DNA of 64,000 nt from Mobula hypostoma (Eukaryota): positions 241,182,001-241,246,000 of the forward strand of contig NC_086097.1 in assembly GCF_963921235.1 (NCBI RefSeq). Reading direction: 5' to 3'. This document shows, piece by piece, positions 49,568 through 62,160 of this stretch; the stretch's first letter is position 1; every line of letters begins with the position of its first letter. Both the position numbers and the translations under genes were made by a program. The notes beneath the pieces were generated by a model. That model was not told the DNA's origin and did no database searches. It saw only the letters and a program-made list of their open reading frames with translations.

Positions 49568-50027
49568 TGTGAGTACCGCGGCCTCTACGCCTTGCGATAG
49601 AGCACTGAGCTTTCAGGGTTCTTGAGCACCCACATTTGCTAATCGTTATCTAACGACAGCCGTGAAGCTTTCGATTTAATCTTGTCAAGTTAATTGTGAC
49701 TGGCACGTGCTTCCCGCATTCCACGATTATTTAAAGAGGACTCTCGTTCAGTGTGTTAGCGGAGTCATTGTGCTGGAGAGAATGAGTTGTCTCGCGGTGT
49801 GACTCAGTCATTCCTCCGAGGCTCTGTTGGTATTTTGATGTCTAACCTCTTGTTTTCGTCTCTTCATGGGGAACCTGCTGCCCTTCACTCCTGGGATTGA
49901 GTCGTGCTCAGCATTTCCTGTGACAGAGGCTGCCTTCCCCCGCTCCCGGGTTGAGCATCTGCCATGACAGAGAGGGCCTGTCGTTCCTCTGCACTTGTGT
50001 CCAGTCCTGCGAGTGCACACCGTGACA
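49568..50027 (+). mobile_element. Candidate solo LTR
   Basis: TG...gtgaca ends; 3' end 'ctctgcacttgtgtcc...gtgaca' resembles the LTR end at 19735-19766; no clear TSD. Confidence 0.45.
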
Positions 50028-50440
50028 TAATACTGAGTTATCCTTTAGAGTCACAGAGAAGTACAGCACGGAAGCAGGCTCTTTGGCCCATCTAGTCCAC
50101 GATGTCCATTTAAAACTACTTACTCCCAACAACCTTTGCCTCAGTACAGAAAACTGATTTTGCTTGTTCTGGATATTGTTTCATGAATATCAAAGTTCAA
50201 AGTTCAATGTAAACATATTATCAAAGTGCCTATATGTCACCATATACAACACTGAGATTCATTTTCTTGTGGGCATACTCAATAAGTCCATAGAATGATG
50301 ATCATAACAGTATCAATATCTGCGATATTTGGGGCTGGTGATCAGTTTTCAGTTTCATCTGACCTGTTACACACAATATATTTATGGTGATTTGGCATAA
50401 ACTCCATTATGCAAGAGATGTTTAGGTAGGTACAGATCCC

Positions 50441-51140
50441 TTAGTGTGGAGGAGCAGAGGGATCTCGGGGTACATGTCCACAGATTCCTGAAAGTTGCCT
50501 CACAAGTGGATAGGGTAGTTAAGAAAGCTTATGGGGTGTTAGCTTTCATAAGTCGAGGGATAGAGTTTAAGAGTCGCAATGTAATGATGCAGCTCTATAA
50601 AACTCTGGTTAGGCCACACTTGGAGTACTGTATCCAGTTCTGGTCACCTCACTATAGGAAGGATGTGGAAGCATTGAAAAGGGTACAGAGGAAATTCACC
50701 AGGATGCTGCCTGGTTTAGAGAGTATGCATTATAATCAGAGATTAAGGGAGCTAGGGCTTTACTCTTTGGAGAGAAGGAGGATGAGAGGAGACATGTTAG
50801 AGGTGTACAAGATAATAAGAGGAGTAGATAGAGTGGATAGCCAGCACCTCTTCCCCAAGGCACCACTGCTCAATACAAGAGGACATGGCTTTAAGGTAAG
50901 GGGTGGGAAGTTCAAGGGGGATATAAGAGGAAGGTTCTTTACTCAGAGAGTGGTTGGTGCGTGGAATGCACTGCCTGAGTCAGTGGTGGAGGCAGATACA
51001 CTAGTGAAGTTTGAGAGACTACTAGACAGGTATATGGAGGAATTTAAGGTGGGGGCTTATATGGGAGGCAGGGTTTGAGGGTTGGCACAACATTGTGGGC
51101 CGAAGGGCCTGTACTGTGCTGTACTAGTCTATATTCTATG
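50441..51140 (+). mobile_element. Young CR1 3' end, same subfamily as 3443-5994
   Basis: Open ORF 50446..51078 nearly identical to the C-terminus of ORF 4325..5932. Confidence 0.95.
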
Positions 51141-51314
51141 TACATGGATCAGAGAAGTTTGGAGGGCTATGGTCCATGTGCAGGTAGTTGGGACTAGGCA
51201 GGAGATCAAGTCGGCATGGACTAGAAGGTCCTATTTCTGTGCCGTAATGCCCCATGACTCTATGAATCTGGGGGTAGTATAGCAGTTAGGGTACCACTAT
51301 TATAGCATCAGCGA

Positions 51315-51882
51315 TGAGGTGAGATGAGATGGCCTCTGCCAGTCAGGGTCGACCATGGTATTACTTCCTCACTATCTAGATAAGCAAGCCAGGACATTTC
51401 AATATGGAGAGCAAGCTGTTGCCCATGTAGCAAGCTTCCCTTCTCCACGCATCTGAGGAACCCAAAGGAACGGCAGAGACCGATACAATTCGGCACCAGC
51501 ATCGTCGCAGGAGTTATCAGTCAGCATTGAACTCAACATTGGACTTGCCTTGGGGGACTCCAGTTCCAGATTTTTCCCTCAGAGTTTAGTCCAGAAGCCT
51601 TCCCCATGAGTGGGTATAGCTGCAATACAGTGGAGGTTTGAGATCAATTTCCCCTTCTCCTAGATGAGCTGCCAACCACAGCTGACAAGCCGTATCTGCC
51701 CGAAGCGACTGGCTTTAAGGCACCAGTAAGCCGCCTTTGCCCCTTCTCCTGTCAGTAGAAACAGTTCTGCTTGGCTTAGTAGCTAAGCCACACATGAAGG
51801 CCAGGAACTGAACTTGATTGTCAGAGGCTATTTGAGGCGCACACCATTGGGAGCATTTAATAGGTTGTGGGAGCTTGTCCCG
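51315..51882 (-). mobile_element. Non-coding retroposon resembling an RTE 5' UTR
   Basis: 'ggttggcagctcatctaggagaagg' RTE-leader-like motif; shares 'gggcaac' and 'gtggaga' segments with family C SINEs; interrupts a SINE head. Confidence 0.5.
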
Positions 51883-52459
51883 AAACGAAATTCGTACTCT
51901 TTTCCATAGAGGCTGCCTCGCCTGCTGAGTTCCTCCAGCATTTTGTGTGTGTAACTCGGATTTCCAGCATCTGCAGGTTTTCTCTTGTTCATGATCAGGT
52001 TAGAGGGGAAATTAGTCACATGGGTGTGATGGGCAGCATGGTCTCATTGGGCCGGGAGGGCTCGTTACTCTGCTATATCTCCAAATAAATAAAAAAGTTA
52101 GCTTCTGGAGTTCCATTATTTAAGCTCTTTAGGCCTCTTAATGCGCACTTCTGCTATGAGGTGCACCTAATGCCATTCAGTTTAGTTAGCCTCCTCTCAC
52201 TCTTCCAACATATGTTATACTTTGTCACGTTAAATTGAACCCGCCATACGTTGAAAGACGTGTGACTAAAAAGTAGTCAAAATGGCGGGTTTTGAAGGAG
52301 ACACAAGAGACAGGAATCTGAGGCAAAGATCAAACTGCTGATCAAATCCAATGGGCCGAGCAGCAGCTATGGCGGGAAAGGAATTGTCAACATTTCCTTT
52401 CCTACACCAGAATTTAAAAGAGGATCTTAATGAAGCAGAGAGATCATAAGATATATAGA

Positions 52460-52855
52460 ATCATAGATTGAAAGAAAACTACAGCACAGAAATCGGCCCT
52501 TTGGCCCATCTAGTCCATGCTGAGCCATTTAAGTTGCCGAGCTCCATCGACCTCATAGCCCTCCATACCCCTCCCATCCATGTACCTATCCAAACTGCTC
52601 TTGAACGTTAAAATCAAAATTGCATCCACTACTTGAACTGGCAGCTCATTCCACACTGTCACCACCTTCTGACTGAAGAAGTTTCTTCTCATGTACCCTG
52701 TAAACATTTCACCTTTCACCCTTAACCCAAGACCTCCAGTTGCAGTCTCAGCCAATCCCAATGGAAAAAGCCTGCTTCTATTCACTATATCTATCACCCC
52801 CATAATTTTATATACTTCTATCAAATCTCTCCTCCATCTTCCACGTTCTAGGGAA
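52460..52855 (-). mobile_element. CR1 3' fragment
   Basis: ORF 52510 'RRDLIEVYKIM...FFSQKVVTVWNELP'. Confidence 0.85.
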
Positions 52856-53046
52856 TAATTCATACATTGAATGAAGTGAGTCTTCATACATTATACTAAA
52901 TATATTTAGTCTAATGTATGAAGACCCACCATTCAATGTACGAATTATTCTGGAACAGCTTCTTTCCATCCGTCATCAGATTACTGAATAATCCATGAAC
53001 CCATGAATGCTCGCTCAGTATTCCCGTTATTTTGCCATTTTGCCAT

Positions 53047-53830
53047 TCAGTCCTCTTTTATTGTCACTTAGAATTGCATGCATGCATTAAGAAATGATAC
53101 AATGTTCCTCCAGAGTGATATCACAGAAAAACAGGACAAACCAAAGACTAACACTGACAGAACCGCATAATTATAACATATAGTTGCAGCAGTGCAAAGC
53201 AATACCATAATTTAGTCATAGTCATAGTCATTATTGATCCCGAGGGAAATTGGTTTTCGTTACAGTTGCATCATAAATAATTAAATAGTAATAAAACCAT
53301 AAATAATTAAATAGTAATATGTAAATTATGCCAGAAAATAAATTTGATAAAGAGCAGACCATGGGCACGGTAAAAAAAAGTCTCAAGTCCCGATCGACTC
53401 CCCGATAGCAGGCGGCAAAAGGGAGAAACTCCCTGCCATAAACCTCCAGGCACCGACAACTGCCGATGCATTGGAAACACCTGACCACAGCAGACACTGA
53501 GTCCATCCATCCGAAAACTTAGAGCCTCCGACCAGCCCCTCCGATACAGCCTCCCGAGCGCCATCCTCTGCCGAGCGTCTTCGACCTCGCCCCGGCCGCC
53601 AAAACAAGCAAAGCAAGCAAGGATTCGGGGCCTTCTGCTCTGGAGATTCCGGTTACCACACTGTGGAGCGGCAGCAAAGCGGGCATTTCAGAAGTTTCTC
53701 CAGATGTTCCTCTATACTCTCACGTCTGTCTCCATCAAATCAGAATTGTGCACGGTACCCTACTTGACAGATTCAAGATATCATTCACCGGAGAGGCCGC
53801 GCGCGCTGCGTCGCACTGCCATCTTCTCCT
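53047..53830 (-). mobile_element. Family B retroposon, copy 3, with a nested Rex1-type tail at about 53212-53342
   Basis: 5' 'aggagaagatggcagtgcgacgcagcgcgcg'; same 3' end as copies 1 and 2. Confidence 0.75.
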
Positions 53831-53964
53831 GACCTTATTTATTTATTGTAATTTGCAGCAGTTTTATTTCTTTGCACTATACTGCTGCTGCAAAACAACA
53901 AATTTTACTTCACTGATTCTGATATTATATCTGATTCCGATGTAATTTTACAGTCATCATCACA

Positions 53965-54322
53965 TTATGTTGTATGATGTAGGTGATTATGGTCTTTAAT
54001 GACCATGATTGTTAATGGCAAATTTTTCTACAGAAGTGCTTTGCCATTGCCTTCTGGTCAGTGTCTTTACAAGACGGGTGACCCCAGCCATTGTCAATAC
54101 TCTTCAGAGATGTCTGTCTGGTGTCAGTGGTCCCATAACCAGGACTGTGATATCCACCAGTTGATCATACAACCATCCATCCATCACCTGTCCCCATTGC
54201 TTCGCATGACTCTGATCGGGGGCTAAGTAGATGCTACACCTTGCCCAAAGGTGACTTACAGGTTAGCGGAGGGAAGGAGCACCTTACACCGCCTTTGGTA
54301 GAGATGTATCTACACCCCCGCC
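53965..54322 (-). mobile_element. SINE-like family A, copy 2
   Basis: Homologous to 6515-6880. Confidence 0.7.
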
Positions 54323-55332
54323 CCCACACCCATTTGATTGTTTGCATTTGTTTCAATATTTCTAAGTAATTATACATCTTCAGAAATATTATTTTTGAAT
54401 GATATTTTATGTCCAATGGTGGTGTTCCACCCTGCTGTCCAAAATTGTAGAAATAGCATCAAAAATGCAAAGAAAACTTTAAATCAAATTTCATAGTCAT
54501 TTCTTGTATTCAGCCAGCCTCACAGTAAAGCTGTACAAATACAAAATGTTGTACATGCATTGTAGAAAATGCACTCTAATTAATAAATGCATAGATTTCC
54601 GATTTCCGAGTTCTGGTTTCAGATGGCACTATTTGTTGGTTTAAGCAACTACAGGCTGGTGGCCAATGAAACAAAGAAAGCAACTGAATGCTTCGTTATT
54701 GACACTTTTTCTGGTAAACGATCACTGCAAACGGTGGCCTGTGGCTTCCCTACTGGAGTTGAGCTGATATCGCCTGTATGACCTGGTAATTCTGTGGCGT
54801 GGCTGCAGTCTTGCTGGGGCATGACAATTGCAGCATGTCTGCGCTGGAGCTGCTGGAGTGGACTTGGAGGCAATTCAATGCGATGGAGGGCGAGGCAAGG
54901 AAAGATTTGAAGTTCAATCGATTCAAGAGCAGAGGCGAATACCAAGATTGGGGAATTCAGTGCAGCAGAGCTGAGGTGAGGCGAGGATAGATCTGAGGTT
55001 AGATCGATTTCAGAACCGAGCCAAGCTGGAAAGTTTGGGTACTGGCCAAATCGAGGTGGCAGAGCCTGAGGCTGAGTACAAAAAACAACCCAAGGTTTGG
55101 GTGATATAAGCTACTAGGTCTTCTGCTTCTGCTTCTTCTGCAGATTGAAATAGTCGGGGTGATGGAGTCAGAGGCAAGGGATGGGCTGGTTCAGCTCACC
55201 ACTCCACGGAGTTTGCTTGTCTCTGTGCTAAACTGAGGCCATGGCCTACAACTAGTGGACTTCTGAATTGGCTTTGTGAACTTCAGATCTGATGGCTGTT
55301 TGCTTGCTTTTATTATATGTACAATTTGTTTT

Positions 55333-55366
<34 letters not shown>

Positions 55367-56367
55367 CACTGTGTGTTTGACGGTCTTCTTTTGTTTTCAA
55401 TGGGTTCTATCAGGGTTCTTTGTTTCCATGGCTACCTGTAAGGAGGCAAGTCTCAAGGCCGTATAAATTAGGCATACTTTGATAATAAAATGCACCGAGT
55501 TTTTTGAACTTTAAACAAAATAGCTTCTGCAGATGCTGGAAATTCAGAGAACAAACCCAAAATGCTGGAGGATGATGTTTGGCACAGAGACCCACATATG
55601 TCCAAGATTTTAGGAATTTCCATACTCATCATCTACCACAAGAATGGACATGTTGGCTCCATTAAGGAGGAGAAGATAAAGATGACGCCAGAGGGTGACT
55701 TCTTCCAGTTTCTTCCACAAAACAGTTTAATTTATTTTCTTTACTGCCTTTTATTTCGTTTTCAAGGTGGCTGGGGTCCTGTCGGAGACCGTGATCTACA
55801 GCTGCACTGAAACTGTAGTTCTTCTCGGCGGTGGGTTCTCGCTCTCGGAGCTCTCGAAGCGGCCTAGCATTTTCAATATCCCCACGAATGGCCTGGAAGA
55901 TGTGCATCCTTGCAGTGTGATCCTGCAGCCCTGTGGACAAACCGATTCCTCACCAGTGTTACCGACAAAGCATCGCGGGAGATCGGAGCATCGGGACAAC
56001 GGTGAACACGGCTGTCAAAATAAGCGATGCTGAAGATTGTAACATCGAAATAGAGACCTGCTGGCCTCACCTCTTGCTGTGGGAGTGATACCACTGCCTC
56101 CTTTGTTAGTGTGTGAGAGAGAGAGAAAGAGGGAGTCTGCGGCATGTTGAAGCGTTGGGGTGGACAGTTTTTTTTTCGTGGTGTCTTTGTAGACTTTGCT
56201 ATTGCTTACATGGCAAATGGTGAGGGCTGATATTCTGTTGAGGCAGGTGTGGGAGAGGGAGGGGGGCTTTGGGTTGCCAACATTTTTCTGTCATTCATTC
56301 ATTCTTTGGGGTTTTTCCTCTGTTTTGAGGATGTCTGCGAAGATTAAGAATTTCAGGTTGTATACTG

Positions 56368-57544
56368 CAGAGGTCCCCAACCTTTTTTGCACTGCGGACC
56401 GGCTGATCCGGGGGGTGGGGGGGTGGATAGGGTTGCCAACAGATAAGAGTAGCAGTCAAATACGTTGTGTTTACCCCGAGAAAGACTACAATGACCATGA
56501 AGCCTTGCGTGGACGCCAGTGCGCATGTGTGTACGTGCCAATTTTTCTTCTCCACAAATCATTTTTGTCGATTCTGTATGGGGGAGGGGGTGTTAATCAT
56601 GACCGGAATATAGGTGATAAGTGGCTAATACACTCAATTTTGTTTCTAAAAGGGTTTATCTAACGAATTTAATATTAAACACACAGCGCATATTTTCCTC
56701 GCATGAATATAGTGATAATTCAATTATCAGGGGAGGACAGGGGAGCTTGAGGTAAGTGTTGAATGAACTTCCAGTAGAAGTGGTAGGGGCAGGTTCGATA
56801 TTATCATTTAAAGGAAAATTGGATAGGTATATGGACAGAAAAGGAATGGTGGGTTATGCGCTGAGTGCAGGTCGGTGGGACTAGGTGAGAGTAGCGTTTG
56901 GCACGGACTAGAAGGGCAGAGATCGCCTATTTCCGTGCTGCAATTGTTATATGGTTATATAAGTCAATAGCATCATAACATTTTAAGTAACGTTTGGATA
57001 TTAAACACACAGCACATATTTTCCCCGTATGAACATATAAAATCATTGCAACACACCAATATCGCTGAATCAGTGGGAACCCTGGGCTTGTTTCCCTGCA
57101 ACAAGACGGTCCTATCGAGGGGTAATGGGAGACAGCGATACTCGAAGGGGGTTCCTTATGTCCAGTCTATTCCGCAATTTAGTTTTCGTTACATTCATTG
57201 CAGAGATATTTTGGAGATGGAAGCAATGTTTTCAGTGCTTTCGTGGCTATCTCAGGATATTTAACCTTGACTTTGATCCAGAATGCCGGCAGAGATGTTA
57301 TGTCAAACGTACTTTTCAGCCCGCCGTCATTTGCAAGCTCAAGGAGTTAATCTCCTTCCTGCGCTGACATGGATGACGCATTCGTAATGACCTTGTGTAC
57401 GTTCAAGCTCGACAGTGCGCGTGACAGGGAATGAGGAAAGGTGCAGCCGACCCATATCACCAAATCATATCGTTTCCCCGCGGCCTGGTAGCACATGCTT
57501 TGCAGCCCGGTACCGGTCCGCGGTCCGGTGGTTGGGGACCACTG
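56368..57544 (-). mobile_element. hAT Charlie3/MER1-like non-autonomous DNA transposon
   Basis: TIRs cagaggtccccaacc / ggttggggaccactg; 8-bp TSD gtatactg/gtgtactg; transposase C-terminus at about 57070-57375 (-). Confidence 0.88.
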
Positions 57545-57579
57545 GTGTACTGTGTATATTCTCTGATATTAACTCAGAG

Positions 57580-60440
57580 TATTAAAACATCCAGTCAAGA
57601 AGAAAAGAAGAGCTTACGAAAGGTTCAAAGAACTAGGTAATGATAGAGATATAGAAGATTATAAGGCTAGCAGGAAGGAGCTTAAGGATGAAATTAGGAG
57701 AGCCAGAAGGGACCATGAGAAGGCCTTGGAAGACAGGATTAAGGAAAACCTCAAGACATTCCACAAGTATGTGAAGAGCCAGGGGATAAGACATGAGAGA
57801 ATAGGACCAATCAAGTGTGACAGTGGGAAAGTGTGTATGGAACTGGAGGAGATGGCAGAGGTACTTAATGAATACTTTGCTTCAGTATTCACTACAGAAA
57901 AGGATCTTGGCCATTATAAGGACGACTTGCAGTGGACTGAAAAGCTTGAGCATGTAGATATTAAGGAAGAGAATGTGCTGGAGCTTTTGGAAAGCATCAA
58001 GTTGGACAAGTCACCTGAACCGGATGGCATGTACCCCAGGCTACTGTGGGAGGTGAGGGAGGAGATTGCTGAGCCTCAGGTGATGATCTTTGCATCATCA
58101 ATGAGGATGGGAGAGGTTCTGGAGGATTAGAGGGTTGCGGGTGATGTTCCCTTATTCAAGAAAGGGAGTAAGGATAGCCCAGGAAATTATAGACCAGTGA
58201 ATCTTACTTCAGTGGTTTGTAAGTTAATGGAAAAGATCCTGGGTGGCAGGATTTATGAACATTTGGAGAGGTATAATACAATTAGGAATAGTCAGCATGG
58301 CTTTATCAAAGGCAGGTTGCACCTTGGGAGCCTGATTGAATTTTTTGAGGATGTGACTAAATACATTGATGAAGGTAGAGCCGTAGATGTAGTGTATATG
58401 GATTTTAGCAAGGCATTTGATAAGGTACCCCATGCAAGGCTTATTGAGAAAGTAAGGAGGCATGGGATCCAAGGGGACATTGCTTTGTGGATCCAGAACT
58501 GGCTTGCCCAGAGAAGGCAAAGAGTGGCTGGAGATGGGTCATGTTCTGCATGGAGGCCAGTGACCAGTGGTGTGCCTCAGGGATCTGTTGTGGGACCCCT
58601 ACTCTTTGTGATTTTTATAAATGACCTGGATTTTTTATAAATGAGGAAGTGGAGGGATGGGTTACTAAATTTGCTGATGTCACAGAAGTTGGGGGTGTTG
58701 TGGATAGTTTGGAGGGCTGTCAGAGGTTATAGCGGGACATTGATAGGATGCAAAACTAGGCTGAGAAGTGGCAGATGGAGTTCAACCCAGGCAAATGTGA
58801 TGTGGTTCATTTTGATAAGTCAAATATAATGGTAGAATATAGCATTAATGGCAAGACTCTTGGCAGTGTGGAGGATCAGAGGGATCTTGGGGTCCAAGTC
58901 CATAGGACACTCAAAGCTGCTACACAGGCTGACTGTGTGGTTAAGATGGCATACGGTGCATTGGCCTTCATCAATCATGGGATTGAATTTAAGAGCCGAG
59001 AGGTAATGTTGCAGCTATATAGGACCCTGGTCAGACCCCACTTGGAGTACTGTGCTCAGTTCTGGTCGCCTCACTACAGGAAGGACGTGTAAACCATAGA
59101 AAGGGTGCAGAGGAGATTTACAAGGATGTTGCCTGGATTGGGGAGCATGCCTTATGAGAATAGGTTGAGTGAATTCGGCCTTTTCTCCTTGGAGCGATGG
59201 AGGATGAGAGGTGACCTGATAGAAGTGTACAAGATAATGAGAGGCATTGATCATGTGGATAGTCAGAGGCTCTTTCCCAGGGCTGAAATGGCTAGCATGA
59301 GAGGGCAGAGTTTTAAGGTGCTTGGAGGCAGGTCTTCTTCTTCTTCTTCGGTTGTCCATCGAAATCCGATGACGACGTCCACTCCTCTAACGGTGAGATC
59401 TTTGATGACTATACAGTCCTATCCTGGACCCACAAGCTCTATTGCAGGTGGGACAGTATATGTGGTAGTGGTGGCAACCATGGCTGCATTTCTCCTGGCT
59501 CTCTTCTGCCGTCTTCTGGTTGTTCTTTCCATCTCGAGAACACGAACCCCGTCCCTACACAGCTCTCGCCAAGTGGTACGGTCAACAGCAACATCCTCCA
59601 GGTCCTCGGGTCTGATCTTACACTTCCTTAAAGCATTCTTCATCTGATCCTTATAGCACTTCTTCGGCCCTCCAGCTGAGTGTCGATCATGATGTAGCTG
59701 GCCGTATAACACTCTGCAGGGTAGCCGACATGGGGGCATCCTTATCACGTGCCCCAGCCACTGCAGCTGATGCTGGGTGATCATGGCCTCAATCCTCCTG
59801 CAGTTGGTCTTTACAAGTATCTCAGTGTGAGGCACCCGCTCACGCCAGGTAATTCCCAGGATACGCTGGAGGCAGCTTATGTAGAAGCGCTCCAAAAACT
59901 TGATGTGACCGCTGTAGGCTACCCAAACTTCACAGCTATAAACGAGGGTGGTGACACAGACCGCTTGGTATACGGCGACCTTTGTGGAGGGACATACTGT
60001 AGGTTCCTGTTCTGAAAGACTCTACGCCGAAGTCTCCCAATGGCAGCTGATGCCTGTTTAATGCGGCTCTGGATGTCGTCGTTAATGTCGCTATCCTCAA
60101 AGAGAATGTGCCCCAGATATTTGAAAGATGGCACTACTGACAGCTTTTCGTCACCAACAGTGAAGGCAGGTAGAGTGGGTCGGACACTGGTACTAGAGGA
60201 GATGTCAGGGGTAAGTTTTTTACGCAGAGAGTGATGAGTGTGTGGAATGGGCTGTCGGCAGCGGTGGTGGAGGCGGAAACAATGGGGTCTTTTTAAGAGA
60301 CTCCTGGATGGATACATGGAGCTTAGAAAAATAAAGGGCTATGGGTAAGCCTAGGTAGTTCTAAGGTAGGGACATGTTCGGCACAGTTTTGTGGGCCGAA
60401 GGGCCTGTATTGTGCTGGAGGTTTTCTATGTTTCTACATT
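57580..60440 (+). mobile_element. CR1 ORF2 fragment and 3' end, split by an RTE insertion
   Basis: ORFs 57726, 58197, 58775, 59105; host 'ggaggcagg|tactagaggagatgtc'. Confidence 0.9.
59334..60188 (-). mobile_element. 5'-truncated RTE-clade LINE
   Basis: 'FKYLG...DIQSRIKQASAAIGRL', 'LQWLGHVIRMP...LYGQL'; (GAA)n tail. Confidence 0.9.
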
Positions 60441-61509
60441 TCTAAATGGACCATAGAGCCATTGAAACATTGGTATATCAATACTGGAACCACAGAAGCA
60501 GGAGAAGTGGACAAGTCATATGATGAAATTTGTCAGGATCTGTCCAAGTAGCACTGACAACATCAAGGCCTATTTGCTGTAAACACTATATGCTTTGTAA
60601 CCCTGCTACAATGTGCAATGAAGCCCAATATTGTTAGCACAGATGGAAATAAACAATTTGATTTTTTTTTCCTGTTTAAATCTTCAATAAAGTCCCACAT
60701 AAGTTAATTTAGTTAGCATTCTGTTAGACGTTGGCAGAGAATGGAATTGAGATCATGGGGAATGCAGCAGTCAATAATGTAATCATTGTTATGAAATGTG
60801 AAATTCTAAATTAGCAAACATTAAGCCCGGCTGGAATAAGTCCAAGAATACAATTGAAAATGATGGTGAAAGTACGGAGGTGGATATATAGGATGGGTAG
60901 AAACTGAAAGCCTGTTAATATAAAATTCGTCTTGAAATTATCAAAATGTTGACAACTTTAAAGCTTGTTATCATTATGTTTAGAAAGAGTAAATGATTGA
61001 GTCTCTGAGCTATTTGCGTTGACAAATGTTTAACACAGCACATTTATTGATGGTTCTAAGTGGGATGAGTTTTGATCAGGTTCCCAGCAACGTCAACTCC
61101 TCAAACTGCTCAGCAGATTCTACAGACGACTATTGCAACTGGAAACACCAATGCCCAAGAACAGAAAAGTCTACAGAAAGTGATGGATGCAGCCCAGTCC
61201 GTCACAGGCAAAGCACCTCCCCACCACTGAGCACATCTACAAGGAGTGCTGCCACAGCAAGCAGCCCCCATCATCGAGGACCCCCATCATCCAGACTGTT
61301 CTCTCATCTCGCTACTACCATCGGGCAGGAGGAATGGATATCTTAGGTCCCACATCAACAGGCTCAGTGACAGTTATATCCCTGCAACTATCAGGCACCT
61401 GAACTCACGTGGATAACTTCATTCACCTCATTTCTGAACTGATTCCACAACATACAGACTCACTTTCAAGGACTATTTACATCACGTGTTCTCAAGCTCC
61501 CCCTCCCAA

Positions 61510-61512
<3 letters not shown>

Positions 61513-61557
<45 letters not shown>

Positions 61558-61592
61558 ATCTATTTATCTATCTATCTAATCTATCTATCTAC
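61513..61592. repeat. (ATCT)n microsatellite inside a Rex1 tail
   Basis: Direct reading. Confidence 0.95.
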
Positions 61593-61854
61593 ACCATCTA
61601 TCTGTTATTTGCAGTTTGTATTCTTTTACACATTGGTTGTTGGTCACGGGCAACAGATTGCTCTCCGTATCACACTGCCCTGGCTTGCATAGCACGTAGA
61701 GAACTGACATGCAATGCCAGGCAATCCGAGGGTGAGCAGAGGGATAGGAGGGGAGCAATCCTGAGTGTATGGACAGTAGGTGGAGACGAATCAGAAGAAC
61801 GTAGAGGTTGGGATGGGAGAACTGGGAAATTAGTTTATTATTGTCACGTGTACT

Positions 61855-62160
61855 GCGGAGCGTGGCCAAGTGGTTAAGGCGTCGGTCTAGTGATCTGAAG
61901 GTCACTAGTTTGAGCCTTGGCTGAGGCTGCGTATGTGTCCTTGAGCAAGGCACTTAACCACACATTGCTCTGCGACGACACTGGTGCCAAGCTGTATCGG
62001 CCCTAGTGCCCTTCCCTTGGGCAACATCGGTGGCGTGGAGAGAGGACACTTGCAGCATGGGCAACTGCCGATCTTCCATACAACCTTGCCCAGGCCTGCG
62101 CCCTGGAAACCTTCCAAGGTGCAAATCCATGGTCTCATGAGACTAACGGATGCCTATAAT
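61855..62160 (+). mobile_element. tRNA-derived SINE, family C, copy 2
   Basis: tggccaagtggttaagg...agtttgagcc; homologous to 27843-28140. Confidence 0.8.

Noticed and set aside
51640..51882. Possible second HDV-like ribozyme in the RTE-leader-like element (UCCUG/CAGGA, GCC-loop-GGC, CUGA)
   Set aside because: No P1 helix followed by GG could be built and the loop is 9 nt; unsupported without a family consensus
54622..54713. Coding exon (tttcag|ATGGCA...TCTG|gtaaac)
   Set aside because: Peptide unrecognised, no partner exons, and the segment looks like the 'agatggc' start of a non-autonomous retroposon ending near 55510
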